Source: Hydrurus foetidus
Taxonomy: Eukaryota
Reading direction: 5' to 3'
Length of the DNA stretch: 60,078 bases
NCBI GenBank assembly: GCA_900617105.1
Contig: UYFQ01000469.1
Coordinates: 62,001 to 122,078 of the forward strand
The notes under the pieces were generated by a model that was not told the DNA's origin, made no database searches, and saw nothing but the letters and a program-made list of their open reading frames with translations. Of the stretch, positions 38,301 through 48,866 are shown piece after piece (the first letter of the stretch is position 1; each line of letters opens with the position of its first letter). Made by a program: the position numbers and the translations under genes.

Positions 38301-40675
38301 GATGATGATGATGGACTTGACGTCGGCGTTGCACTAGGTACAGTCGTCGGTCTAACGGATGGCATCGCTGACGGTGATGATGATGATGGACTTGACGTCG
38401 GCGTTGCACTAGGTACAGTCGTCGGTGTGACGGATGGCATCGCTGACGGTGATGACGATGATGATGATGGACTTGACGTCGGCGTTGCACTAGGTGTTAT
38501 CTTTGGAAATGAAAATGGTACTGCAGGTAATGATGACGACGGGCTTGATGTTGTTGGTGTCACACTTGGATCCATTGTCGGGGAATTACTTGGGCCCGAT
38601 GGTCTAAAAGTACTCGGCATGGCTGTTGGAGGTCTGGTTGGTCTCCTGGATGGTCTAAACGTTGGTTTGCTACTCGGTGGATCAGAGGGTGGCTCAACAC
38701 CCACAAGCAAGCACATGTATCTTTTGAATTTTCTCACGTCCAGCGATCCTAAACCCGTCATCGGGTCCCAGCCCACAGCTGCATTGAAGCCGTGCACACA
38801 GCAAGCTGGAGTTGATGTGCAGTTGTTCTTCCCGACCGTTATGTCATTGGTGTATGCGGCTGGGTTACTGTAGAGAGCTGGGTGTATCCAACCGATTGCA
38901 GGCGCACCTGCGTTCAGTCGGGCTACATTGATGTTGGACAGCATGCCGGCCATGACGGGTGCAGAAACCGAAGTGCCTGATGAAGAAACCGCGTTGCCGC
39001 CAACATAGAAGACATAGGATGTACCTGCTGCACTTATATCGGGGTAACCTCTACCTTTTCCGAATCCAGGGTAAGGTGCTAGACTGCCGGTCATTTTCGC
39101 TAGATATCCCTCAACAAAACTCTTTTGATATAAAGGTACCTGGATATGATAATCAGAGAAACCGCCACCGCTAGTTATTTTGCCGCCTCTGCTATGCATG
39201 CTGCCCGTTTCAGGCATACCAATTTCCATTCCCTGCAGTGGCATGGGAGTTGTGGTATCAAGGTAAGTTAATTCAAGATGTTGGGAGATAATGCCTGACA
39301 ACTCGTGCTAATTGTCTACCTGAGTCGCCCCAACGCTTAGTACATACGGATCTGAAGCGGGATGGAGTGGCCGATAGCGGCAACTATTCAGATCATATTT
39401 GACTGACCTCGACAGACAGCCGTTGTCGCCTGACGAAGCAACTATTGTAGAGCCCATGAGACCTAGCGACATGGCATTTTCACTAAATCGCTGCTTTTCA
39501 CCAGAGCTTACCCACCATTCTTCTTGCGAGTAGCTTATGCTGATCATGAGGGGTGGCTGCGTATCTTTGGCTATCAGGTGCTCGAGATACTGAGGAATCG
39601 TGTCCCCGCCAAACCAGTCGTGAATTGTCGGGACATTAGCCATGGCCATCATAAATGACATATCAACATTACTTTCGACACAATTCTCTTTCGTAAATGC
39701 ACGGCATTCGGCTTGCGTGGCTATACGAGAAGCGGTGACCTTACTGGCGTTGGCGAAGGTAAGCGCAAAGAGCTTCTGAAATGCTGTGTTGTCTGGGGGG
39801 CAATACCATTGATCATACAGCTCAAGTGCAACCTGAGTTGCTAGTGGATGGCCGAGGACATTGTCATTGTTGTAATTTCTCCTCAGCAAGTCAGGCGACA
39901 TGTAAGGATAGTATGTCCGCGTTTCTTCTGCAAAACGCGAAGATGAAGATGAATCGAGTGATTCGACGACAGTATGGGCTGGTTTGGGTATCATCGATAT
40001 TTTGAAAGGTATGTCAACGACGTTGTATGCGTAAGAGATGTGCAAGTCTATGTCAAGTGGAATCGAGTACTTGTCAGCCCTCAGTACGGTAATGGCTTTG
40101 TCTCGTGTCTGGTGACTGAGATCCTCATTTGCGCTAAACGGCGTCATTGAATACGAATGGAACTCAGTGTTCAGTATTCTCTCCCACAGTCCAATTGATG
40201 CGCGGGCGGTGACGCATTCCCCAAGTTTATCATATGGAATAATTGTGGCTCCAGCGGCTGCCAAGTACTCAACAACCTCTCGATATGATTCGGGGTTCGA
40301 TGTTAAGTGAACGACTTCTTGGTGCGTCATGTGCTTGCCATAGTTGGCGCTTGACGGGTAAGAAACATCATTTAGAAGGCGTTCGACCTCATCAATATTT
40401 CTCTTCTTCACGAAGAAACGAACATCGTGAGTCTGAAATCGAGCGGCTCGTTGACCTTTGATGATGCTGCTATGAGACGATAATCCAGGGAAGGCTTCTC
40501 GGAACGCGTGCAAGCTGCTCCCACCGCCGTCAACTTCGGAACGAGAGAAGTCATTCCATGTATTATGATAGGTGTCAAACCGAATGTGTTCAAAAGGGAA
40601 TGAATTTTCGGTGGCAATAACCACTGCTCTGAACCAGAAAAGAAATGAAAGAGCGGCGGATAGAGGGCGACTCAT
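25088..40675 (-). CDS. Secreted S53 (sedolisin/TPP1-like) serine-carboxyl peptidase with giant Ser/Thr/Pro repeat tail
   Basis: Signal peptide MSRPLSAALSFLFWFRAVVIA; pro-domain (VSYPSSANYGKHMT); CVESNVD (E..D), ASSGDNG, SDPYVLSVGATQ, SGGGFS, GRGYPDISA, SSGTSVSAP (Ser), GWDPMTGLGS. Intron 39233-39319. The catalytic domain reads in frame into the repeats; frameshifts occur within the array. Confidence 0.9.
25375..38495 (-). repeat. Coding minisatellite, roughly 150-160 units of ~72-110 bp encoding PSAMPSVTPTTVPSATP(T/S)SSP(S)n
   Basis: Constant core ggacttgacg(t/a)cggcgttgcactaggtacagtcgtcggtgt(a/g)acggatggcatcgctgacggt plus a variable (gat)n tract. Copy number estimated from length. Confidence 0.97.
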
Positions 40676-41990
40676 CGTCGCATGAATGAGTTGCAGAATG
40701 ACACTCTCGGAGCGTCCAGCAGATGAAAGTAGTAACGGAACTGTAGGGGGCACATCTAGCAAGGCAAGCGGCGAGCGCAGAGGCGCTGTTGCGTAGTCAC
40801 AGTATAGTGTATAAACCGTTTCTTACTTCTTTCTATGAAACTTCCTTTTTCCGGGGAACGGTTTTCTTATTCCGGGGAACCTTTTACGGATTGCAAGCTA
40901 AATGTAAATTCTTGGTGCTTACCAGCCCTTTTTTCAATAATTAATAGCTTCTGCGGTACTGCGAATTGATAAAATTGAGTAAGCCAATCGACTCAAAATT
41001 TAATTTCTGACATCATAGTATTCTTAGATAAAAATTTGGAGAATTATTCTGTGATTCCTGTGTTAAACAGTGCTTTTTCACTATTCAGCCGTTTTGAAAC
41101 GGAAAACCGTCGTTTTGACAGGCATCCAAAAAGGGTCGCCCAACGAATCCTTATCATCTAAACTTACGAAGACGCCATGATTCCCTACTCTACAATAATC
41201 TGTCTGACAGCACAGCACAATGGATTCTTTGGCGCTGGAGCTGGCAAGCAGCATGCTGTTCTCTGGCTGATCTGCCTTACATGGTGATGTAAAAAATTGC
41301 AACTTTCATGCTTTTGAAGCCTATTTCGCGGAGCACAGTTGTCGATGCGATGCCTTCATTTTTTCTGCTCCTCACCAACATTCTTACACTCTGATTGAGG
41401 CCAGCAGGTTTAAGAGACGGTCGAGAAGCACTATGGACGAGGTTTAGCAACTGTCAGATTGCCTGCAAGAGGTAAATTTAAAAACCGTCTGACCCTCTCG
41501 TGCCTCAATTTTCGGCTCAAAAATACATGAATGTTTCATCTTGTATGAACTCGTCTCAGCTGTCTATTGCTTGACGTTTGAGGCCTGATGTTGCGTGGTC
41601 ATTTGCAGCGTTTTCTCTTATTTCTTTTTCCCCCAAACTCTTGCAATCTCCCCCAATAATTTTTCCACATGATGAGGAGCCACTGGATAGAGGTTAAAAG
41701 TGAGGTTGGCGAGCTGCAAGTGCAGGAGCAGTAAGCACTGGCAGCTCGCCACCTAAATTGAAGCTGTTGCAGAGCAAATGGGTGGCGAGATGCAAGTGCA
41801 CAAACAATAAGCACTGGCAGCTCGTCACCCTTAAATTTGAGCGATGCATTACGCTGTGGCAGAGTGGATAGGTGTAGGAGATGAAGTAAGAGATGGATAG
41901 CATTTTATTTTATGTTACTTGCTAGACTCTTTGTATTATTATTCAGTACCTTGTGAAGCTCGTATATTTACGTCGTTTCTTACTACGTTA

Positions 41991-42123
41991 GACCGATCCT
42001 AGTGATGGACAAAATACATTTTTTTTTTTGTATTTTGCCTCCACTACAATGGTACGTTCACATTTGGTGGACACAGGAATTTGTATTTTGTATTCTGTAT
42101 TTTGTCAATCACTCGGACCGACC
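41991..42123. mobile_element. 133-bp Harbinger-type (Tourist-like) MITE
   Basis: Ends gaccgatcctagtgatggacaaaatac and reverse complement ggtcggtccgagtgattgacaaaatac; TTA TSD at 41988-41990 and 42124-42126; resembles the ends of the 20804-23853 element. Confidence 0.88.
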
Positions 42124-42158
42124 TTATGGTCTGCATTCATGAGTATGTGAGATTAAAT

Positions 42159-45100
42159 TTAAACAGGAATAATACTGTTTTCCCTCCAATACTCTACAAT
42201 TTTCTTCACCAGGCAATCCTCCACATCATTATCACCTTTTTTGAGTTTCTTTACTACTTTGATAAGTAATGCATCATTTTGGTAGTACTCCAATAATTTT
42301 TCTCTTATCGCGGCTATTGTTAGTTTCCTGGCAGACTCAATGAGTGGATCAATTTTTTGTTCTGACATATTATCCCATCCGTTTAATTTCGCATCACTTG
42401 AGTCCATTATTGCTTTGTGCAGGGCATCACTACCAGCCATACTTGACCTTCTATGTGTGCTGCTCTAAAATCTTTTATGTCCCTTAGTATTGCGCCTTTG
42501 ATGTCCGATGCATGTCTCATATTTTTCGCGTTAGTGCATGCAGCATTATTTGCACTTACTTGTGTTCCTGTAAGACTGAATGTCTGTTCTGCAGCTGCTG
42601 TTCCTGTTATAGGTCGCGATTCGAAATTTGTCGTAAGAGTTTCTTCTAATGCAGGATACTTCTCTTTGAATAGGTCCCAGTAGTTCTTTAGGTGTCTATC
42701 AATTGGCCACTTCCCGTGTTCTATCAGTGTAGTTTTTAGATTTCCTTTTGCGATAAGTTTAAGCTCATTAACTATCAAAGTGTTTGATAATGCATACGCT
42801 TTAACCACTGATTGCGACACAGTCGTTGTTGCGGCTGTGTATCCTTCTATTATCATATCGTGATACTTTCGCATACTAATATTAGGTGCTGCATGAGTTT
42901 CGGAAGATGAGGTCCAGGGTCCACCAAGTATGTCAGTGTCCGGTAAGAGCAGTATATCATCTGAGCAGCTACTGTCGTCCTCATTAATGTGTCCTAGCTT
43001 ACGTAATGCACATAGTATTGCAGCAGCTGCTGCAGGCCCCACAGAAGGATCAACAACCTGTAGTATAGACCATCCTATCCGTAGACCAGGAATAATGAAG
43101 TACTTTTTCGTCACTTCCATCATTGGCTCTGTACCCATTTTCATCTGCGCATCAAAGTAATCCACCATAACTTTTTCATCATCTATAAGACCTAATGCCT
43201 TTGCCCTAGATGTTTCTGATATCAAAAATTCATTTGCATCTGGTAAAACTTTCCTCCAATCCGTACTAAGACACAATATGCATTCAACGAAGTGTCTTTC
43301 AAATAAAACATTTTCGATTGATCGAGTACTAATAGCTTTTGCTGCTATACCAATTTCAGACACTCTATCCGAGAATTTCACCCAATCGAGATGGATAGGA
43401 TATAAAGACGCAACGATGAATATAGAAACTCTCTGGTAAGGACTCCCCAGAAATCCAAGAACTTTCATGCACCCCACTAATCCCTCTCCCTTTTTGCCAC
43501 CAGGTGTATGATTCGCCAGATACCAGAACGTGAGCATAAATTGAGATAGGTGAGTACTGTCAATGCAGACACAGTACTTCATTGCTGCTTTCCAATTGTC
43601 AGAATCTTCATTACCTAGATAGGGCTTGATAAAATTTGTAAATTCTTCAGTAGCCTCTACCCTTAGTAAGCTGATCAATCTCTCTGTTGTGCGCTCAGTT
43701 GATAACCATCTTGTTCTTGCTATCTCACCTATAAGATTGCGTATTTCCTTCGGCGCTTTCTTGAAATAATTTGGATCTCCCCCCACTGACTGTGTAGTTA
43801 ATGCCTCAACCATAGCCTTAAACTTCACCCAATAGTAGTTTAGTCTGTATAAGTTTTGTGCTGATGTCATATCGTAGTTTAATCCCTGACTACCCATGAG
43901 TACATCAAATAGACTCACCAACACTCGTTCGAAGTTGTGCATCTGACATGTTCGTGTACATGCCTCTCTAAAAGTACCAGAGTGATCATAAAATAGTCCG
44001 TCAATCTTGCTTTTTCTAATCAGTATACCGGGTACTATTTCGCTTACCACCTTCGCATGATTATCGATGTATCTCATTACCGATATCATCTCATCTTGTG
44101 CAGCTCCAAATGCGTCGGTAATTCCACCGAAGATGAAGACAACTCCATCGCCTAGCTCCTGTTGTAAACTCTCTATGGTAAGTAGTGAGCTCCCTGCAGC
44201 CTTCTTCGTGACTGTTACATTGACATTCATGTGAACACCATGTTAAATAAAATGAAATCAAACATTTGTGAATTGATATATATGCGAATAGGCGTCTGTG
44301 CTACTAACCTGTGTTATCAATCTGCAAAGATCCTAACCTTACCACTCCATCATTTGAGACATAGTTTATTGGTTTTGCTACCAATCCTTTGTTTTTTTAT
44401 TTGAAGCATCGAGTATTAAATATGCATTTAGAATTGCATCTTCAGCTAATCGATCTATGAATCTCCTTTTCCCGTTATAAATCACTAGTTCAGCTGTCCT
44501 CTCACTGGCGAGTGAGGGGTATCACTAGACCGTAAAATACTGGTGAATGATTCAACATCCACAAGACCAAAGAACATAGTAAGTACATTGAATATTATGA
44601 TGGACATTTTAGTTAGCGAGCAACCACAGTTATATCTCAAGTCTTGAATTAGTAAGCCCTTAAGTATCGACAATATTTCTTTCCCGTTAATAATTTCTGT
44701 GAACACTCCAGCTTCTGCAACAAGTTGTGTCAGCTTCTCCCCAATTGTAATTTTCTCTACCTTGATTGTTGGCTGGCTCCTCCTTTTTTGATTTCCTCTT
44801 TCCTTATGTAAGAAAGTGTTGCACGAAGCATTTTAATTGTCTTTCTGAGATTTTTAACTTGCGTCCTTTGGTGCTGATTTGGGTGTCGACAACGCGTTGG
44901 TAATTGACGCCTGAGCTAATGCAGCAGGACTGACAGTATTTGTATTTGATTTCTTCGCACTCGGTGGAGAAACGCTGATTGCGCAGTCCTGCAAAATCTT
45001 ATCGGTAAGCACCCGCACTGCAGTAATGGTGTCCACGAGTGACTCGCAGATAATTGCAGTCTCACTCTCCATGAACTTTATCTGATACCCACTTTGAAAC

Positions 45101-45336
45101 ATGTTTGCACCACTCCCAATTGTGCTTTCTTTCCTTTTGCATCTCTGGAAAGTGAACCGATTAGGATGTCTCTTCATGATTGCTCTCCGAATGGTAGGAT
45201 TCATGAGTCCAAGCTTAATGCTATCAGCATCCGCAAACAGAGACGATCGATTGCCTTGTTCCAACTTCTGGAGAACTTCTGCAATAGATGCTGCAGTATG
45301 AAAGACCGGTGCTGTAGGGCGAAATCTGACCACCAT
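42159..45336 (-). pseudogene. hAT-like transposase, fragmented
   Basis: The 607-aa ORF has GITDAFGA (D), RTCQMHNFE (CxxH), ARTRWLST (RW) and PITGTAAAEQTFSL (E). Upstream and downstream parts are in other frames with stops. Confidence 0.75.
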
Positions 45337-46046
45337 AATCGCAATCGCTTTCGAACATGTTCTCAGAAGTGTATCAGAGAAGTGGAAGCTTCCAAAAATT
45401 GTCATTTAAAGACTATTTTGCTTGGAGATTGCTGCAGATATCCTCAGCAGATAGTATGCTTTGCCCAATTTGACAAAAAGCTCCAATCAGGAGTCCCTCG
45501 TTGTTTCAAGAATTGCAACTGAAGGCTTCAAAAAGTAGCACTTTTCTCAGGAAAATCGCTTAAATTACAGTGTCGATTGAGTTATCAATAAAGCACTGCA
45601 CTGTAGCAAAGAAACTACGGCGAGAATAATGGCCCACTCAGATTTTGATTGAAATGATTCCCTATCTTGCTGCAGTGTTATTTCTGTGATGGTTCGTAGA
45701 GATATGATACCAAGTTGAGGTGGGAAAGAAGTGAAATTCGTGGGATTTTCGTTTCCGTTTTTTGAGATTACTGAATCATTTAGGGGGTGGTAAGCACCAA
45801 GAAGTTTAGATGATAAGGATTCGTTGGGCGACCCTTTTTGGATGCCTGTCAAAACGACGGTTTTCTGTTTCAAAACGGCTGAATAGTGAAAAAGCACTTT
45901 TTAACACAGGAATCACAGAATAATTCTCCAAATTTTTATCTTGAAATTTTTTTTAATCAAAAATTGAAAAAGGGCTGGTATTCACCAAGAAATTACTGAA
46001 ATCCCACCAAAACGAAGGGAAGGAGACGGTATTATGTACTCTGTGT

Positions 46047-48330
46047 CAGGGGTGGTTTAACGGATTTAACCGAACAGAATCGAGTCGAATCGACTTTAAA
46101 CCTTGCCATTCGTTGATTCTGCCACTCAATTTTGGGATTCTGCTAGCCGAATTTTCAGTACATTCTGCTGGTACAGCCGACAATTATGCCACTTTAATAG
46201 AAATTATGCCACTTAAGTATAAAGATTATGCCACTTAATACAAAATGCAATTTTTGCAGCTTTGCAGAGCTGCGGAGCTTCCCGCTCGTATTCCCGTACG
46301 GGCTCATTGCAGTGTGCGGTGATCGGCCGAACTTGGCCGTTTAAAATCCGGCTAATAATATCAGCGATCGATTCCCACTGTATGTCATGATTACATTCAG
46401 TGTCCCAGGATGACAACAGAGCACTTTCATTTCTGCATTTGCGGAACTTCTGGCGACTGATTCCTGGTTCGGAACGCTCCAATTATCAGGTAACTTAGTT
46501 GCAGGCTGCTCCGAAGTTCCGAAACCTTTTCACTGCGTATCGACGCAGCCTCAATCTCAGACGATTTTTTCTCATCCTGCGATTTCATCCCCCTAGTAGA
46601 TCGAGGTCGTCTCCTCCGACAGGATCGACGACTGAAGTGTCCTGATGAGACTTCAGGCAAAAACTTTGTCCTGGAAGGTGATGCTGATGATATCTCGTGG
46701 GTTATGTCATTATTTTCGACGCCTGGTTTTGAGCAACTAATTTGTCATGTGTGACTATCAATTTATTGAATGAGCTGCTGTCGTTTTGCACACGATATGC
46801 TGGGGGTTGATAAATGATTCCGTCTCACTCTGATCTGCTAAATTTGACCTGTCAGAGAAACGAGCATTTTTTTGTCAGCATTTTAACTGCATGCATGACA
46901 TCATCCTCATCAGACTGAACGAATCTTGAAACCTTAATGCTTAACATCGACTCTCATTGTAGATTTCAGTTGTGGGTAGCATGGAACATTAATTATAACC
47001 CCAGCTAGCAGTTAAAAATGCTTTATTTACTGATAGCTGGGTTGTGTAAGAGGGTAGCACTCACAGGAGGCGCCCATTCCAAATTTGATAGTTATAGACG
47101 TTACAGGAATTGGATCTGATTCTGATGCTTGCTCTATTGCAGTTTATGTCAAAGAATTTCTGAGTTGTAATTAACTCTTTATTTATTTAATTTTGATACT
47201 GCAATCTATCACGAAATGTTTAATTGTAAGTAATTCTGATGGATCCTTCCTTGTAATCCTTAAGGCATCTTTGCTGTTGATCAGTAAAGCGAGAATTAAG
47301 CAGTGAAAAAACTCTCTCAACAGAGGCACTTGATGACATGACTAAGGCGACTTCTGCTGCAACCCTGTACCATGTCGGAATTATGTTGTAGTATGATCTC
47401 CAAAAGTTTCAATCGTCATCACCTAAATACAAAGCTGCTTTCTCTTTGTACTTCTTAAGCTCCTTTGTCAGCTGGTCCATGAGGGGCACAGCTACTGGCA
47501 GAAAATGAAGGTACTCCACCTCCATCAGCAGCGCCTCGTAGTTATTATCCCTTGCGAACTGATAGCCCAGTAGACGAGAAGCACGAAATATTTGCATGGT
47601 ATCGCTGAGCCGACCAAGCGAATCACTCTGTAGCTGCTGAGGTACAGGTTTCTCTTTCTGTACAGTCATATCAATCAACTGATCCTCAATGACCTTATCG
47701 CCTTGTCCGATCTCAGACGCGATCCTCCGAACAGCAGATAGATGCTCTGGCTTCGCCAGATTCTCGAGAATATGAGTCATGTGATCAGCTAGACCGTTCC
47801 ATTTGTTGTAAACGTAGGGTGCTAAGTAACCATCTCCTTCATAATGATTGCAAAATGCTGCAATTGGCTCACCTGAATCGTTCAGTAATGCTAACTCCAA
47901 TCTCAGGTTGTCCCTATCTCCATCTCGAGTAATTGTCCGATTAGACTCGCGCAACTGACATCTTCGTTCCTGATGATTTCCTCAATCTTCTCCAAGTTAT
48001 TGAAGATCTGTACGGAGGCTCTGTATTCCGCCGTCCATCTTATTGCATGAGATTTTATACCCTTAACTCCGAGAGACTCTTGCGTGGCAAGTCGCACCTT
48101 GTGTCTATGAGTTGCCACGGGTTGGAACGAAGTCGGGAGGACATATCGTGGATGGTCAAAGAAAGATGGGAAGGTTTTGGTTAGTAAATTCGATTTAAGA
48201 ATAGAAACTGGCACGGAGGCCACAAAGCATAAATTCATGTTGCACATCATTTCTACCTGCCGTACAATAATAAGATCTCAATCGTCCTGCGCATGCAATT
48301 TGACTGGCTCTCGTAGATTTACGTCTACGT
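46047..48330 (-). mobile_element. hAT transposon 3' part, interrupted by a Copia LTR
   Basis: CAGGGG terminus at 46047, subterminal attatgccact repeats and transposase fragments. The other end is not in the window, so no TSD could be checked. Confidence 0.7.
47220..48330 (-). pseudogene. hAT transposase C-terminal fragments
   Basis: KSHAIRWTAEY, FCNHYEGDG and WYRVAAEVALVMSSSASVERVFSLL (hAT C-terminal motif), with frameshifts. Confidence 0.8.
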
Positions 48331-48620
48331 TGTTGTATAGGCGAGATAGTAGCTACTCAACTGTAAATATGACGTTTATACTAAAAGCTAGACTTTTGGT
48401 ACCAAGTACCGGATAAATACTATACAGCTGTGATTATTATGGTGTAACAATGGCAATATACGTGATACGAATTGGCATTGAGGAAGCGACTTGGTGCACA
48501 TTGCACACCAATAACAATCTACAAAATGTGTTTACTTATGATATCCTATCATGCTAATTGTTGATTATACAAATGGTATATACAGCTATAACTAGCACTT
48601 ATCGCTGTTATATACCGACA
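48331..48620 (-). repeat. Putative 3' LTR of Copia 1
   Basis: TG...CA boundaries with minus-strand purine tract ggggtg immediately before TGTCGG. Partner LTR not in the window. Confidence 0.65.
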
Positions 48621-48866
48621 CACCCCGTAATCATCAATTGCTTTATATTATTTTCTTAGAAGTCATCATGTCGTCTCTGATCAAACAATCATGAGCTTAT
48701 TTAACTATTTTATGTCATCTTTGATTAGACAATCATAATATTTAATCTTATCATTTACTTCATATGCATGTCATCTCTGATCAGATAATCATGATATTTT
48801 TATATTTAATATTTCTGTTTGGATTCATGTCATCTCTGATTAAACAATCATGATATCCAAATCTAT

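Larger units (their letters stand above)
40911..45989 (-). mobile_element. Divergent hAT-like DNA transposon with 5-bp TSD and doubled right end
   Basis: Left end cttggtgcttaccagccc; outer right end reverse complement cttggtgaataccagccc; AAATT at 40906-40910 and 45990-45994. A ~140-bp inverted repeat lies at 41026-41165 / 45802-45941, and a second inner terminus ends at 45801. Confidence 0.85.

Noticed and set aside
25375..38495. CRISPR-like pattern of constant core plus variable spacer
   Set aside because: The variable part is only a (gat)n length change, there are no unique spacers or cas genes, and the context is a eukaryotic exon.
25335..38873. Long poly-Asp ORFs on + and poly-His/Arg ORFs on -
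   Set aside because: These are shadow frames of a repeat unit that lacks stops. Only the Ser/Thr/Pro frame is continuous with the peptidase domain and the unique C-terminus.
16967..48330. Fanzor/TnpB or other RNA-guided nuclease cargo in the DNA transposons
   Set aside because: I found no RuvC-like motifs or terminal zinc finger. The ORFs are explained as transposases or Harbinger accessory proteins.
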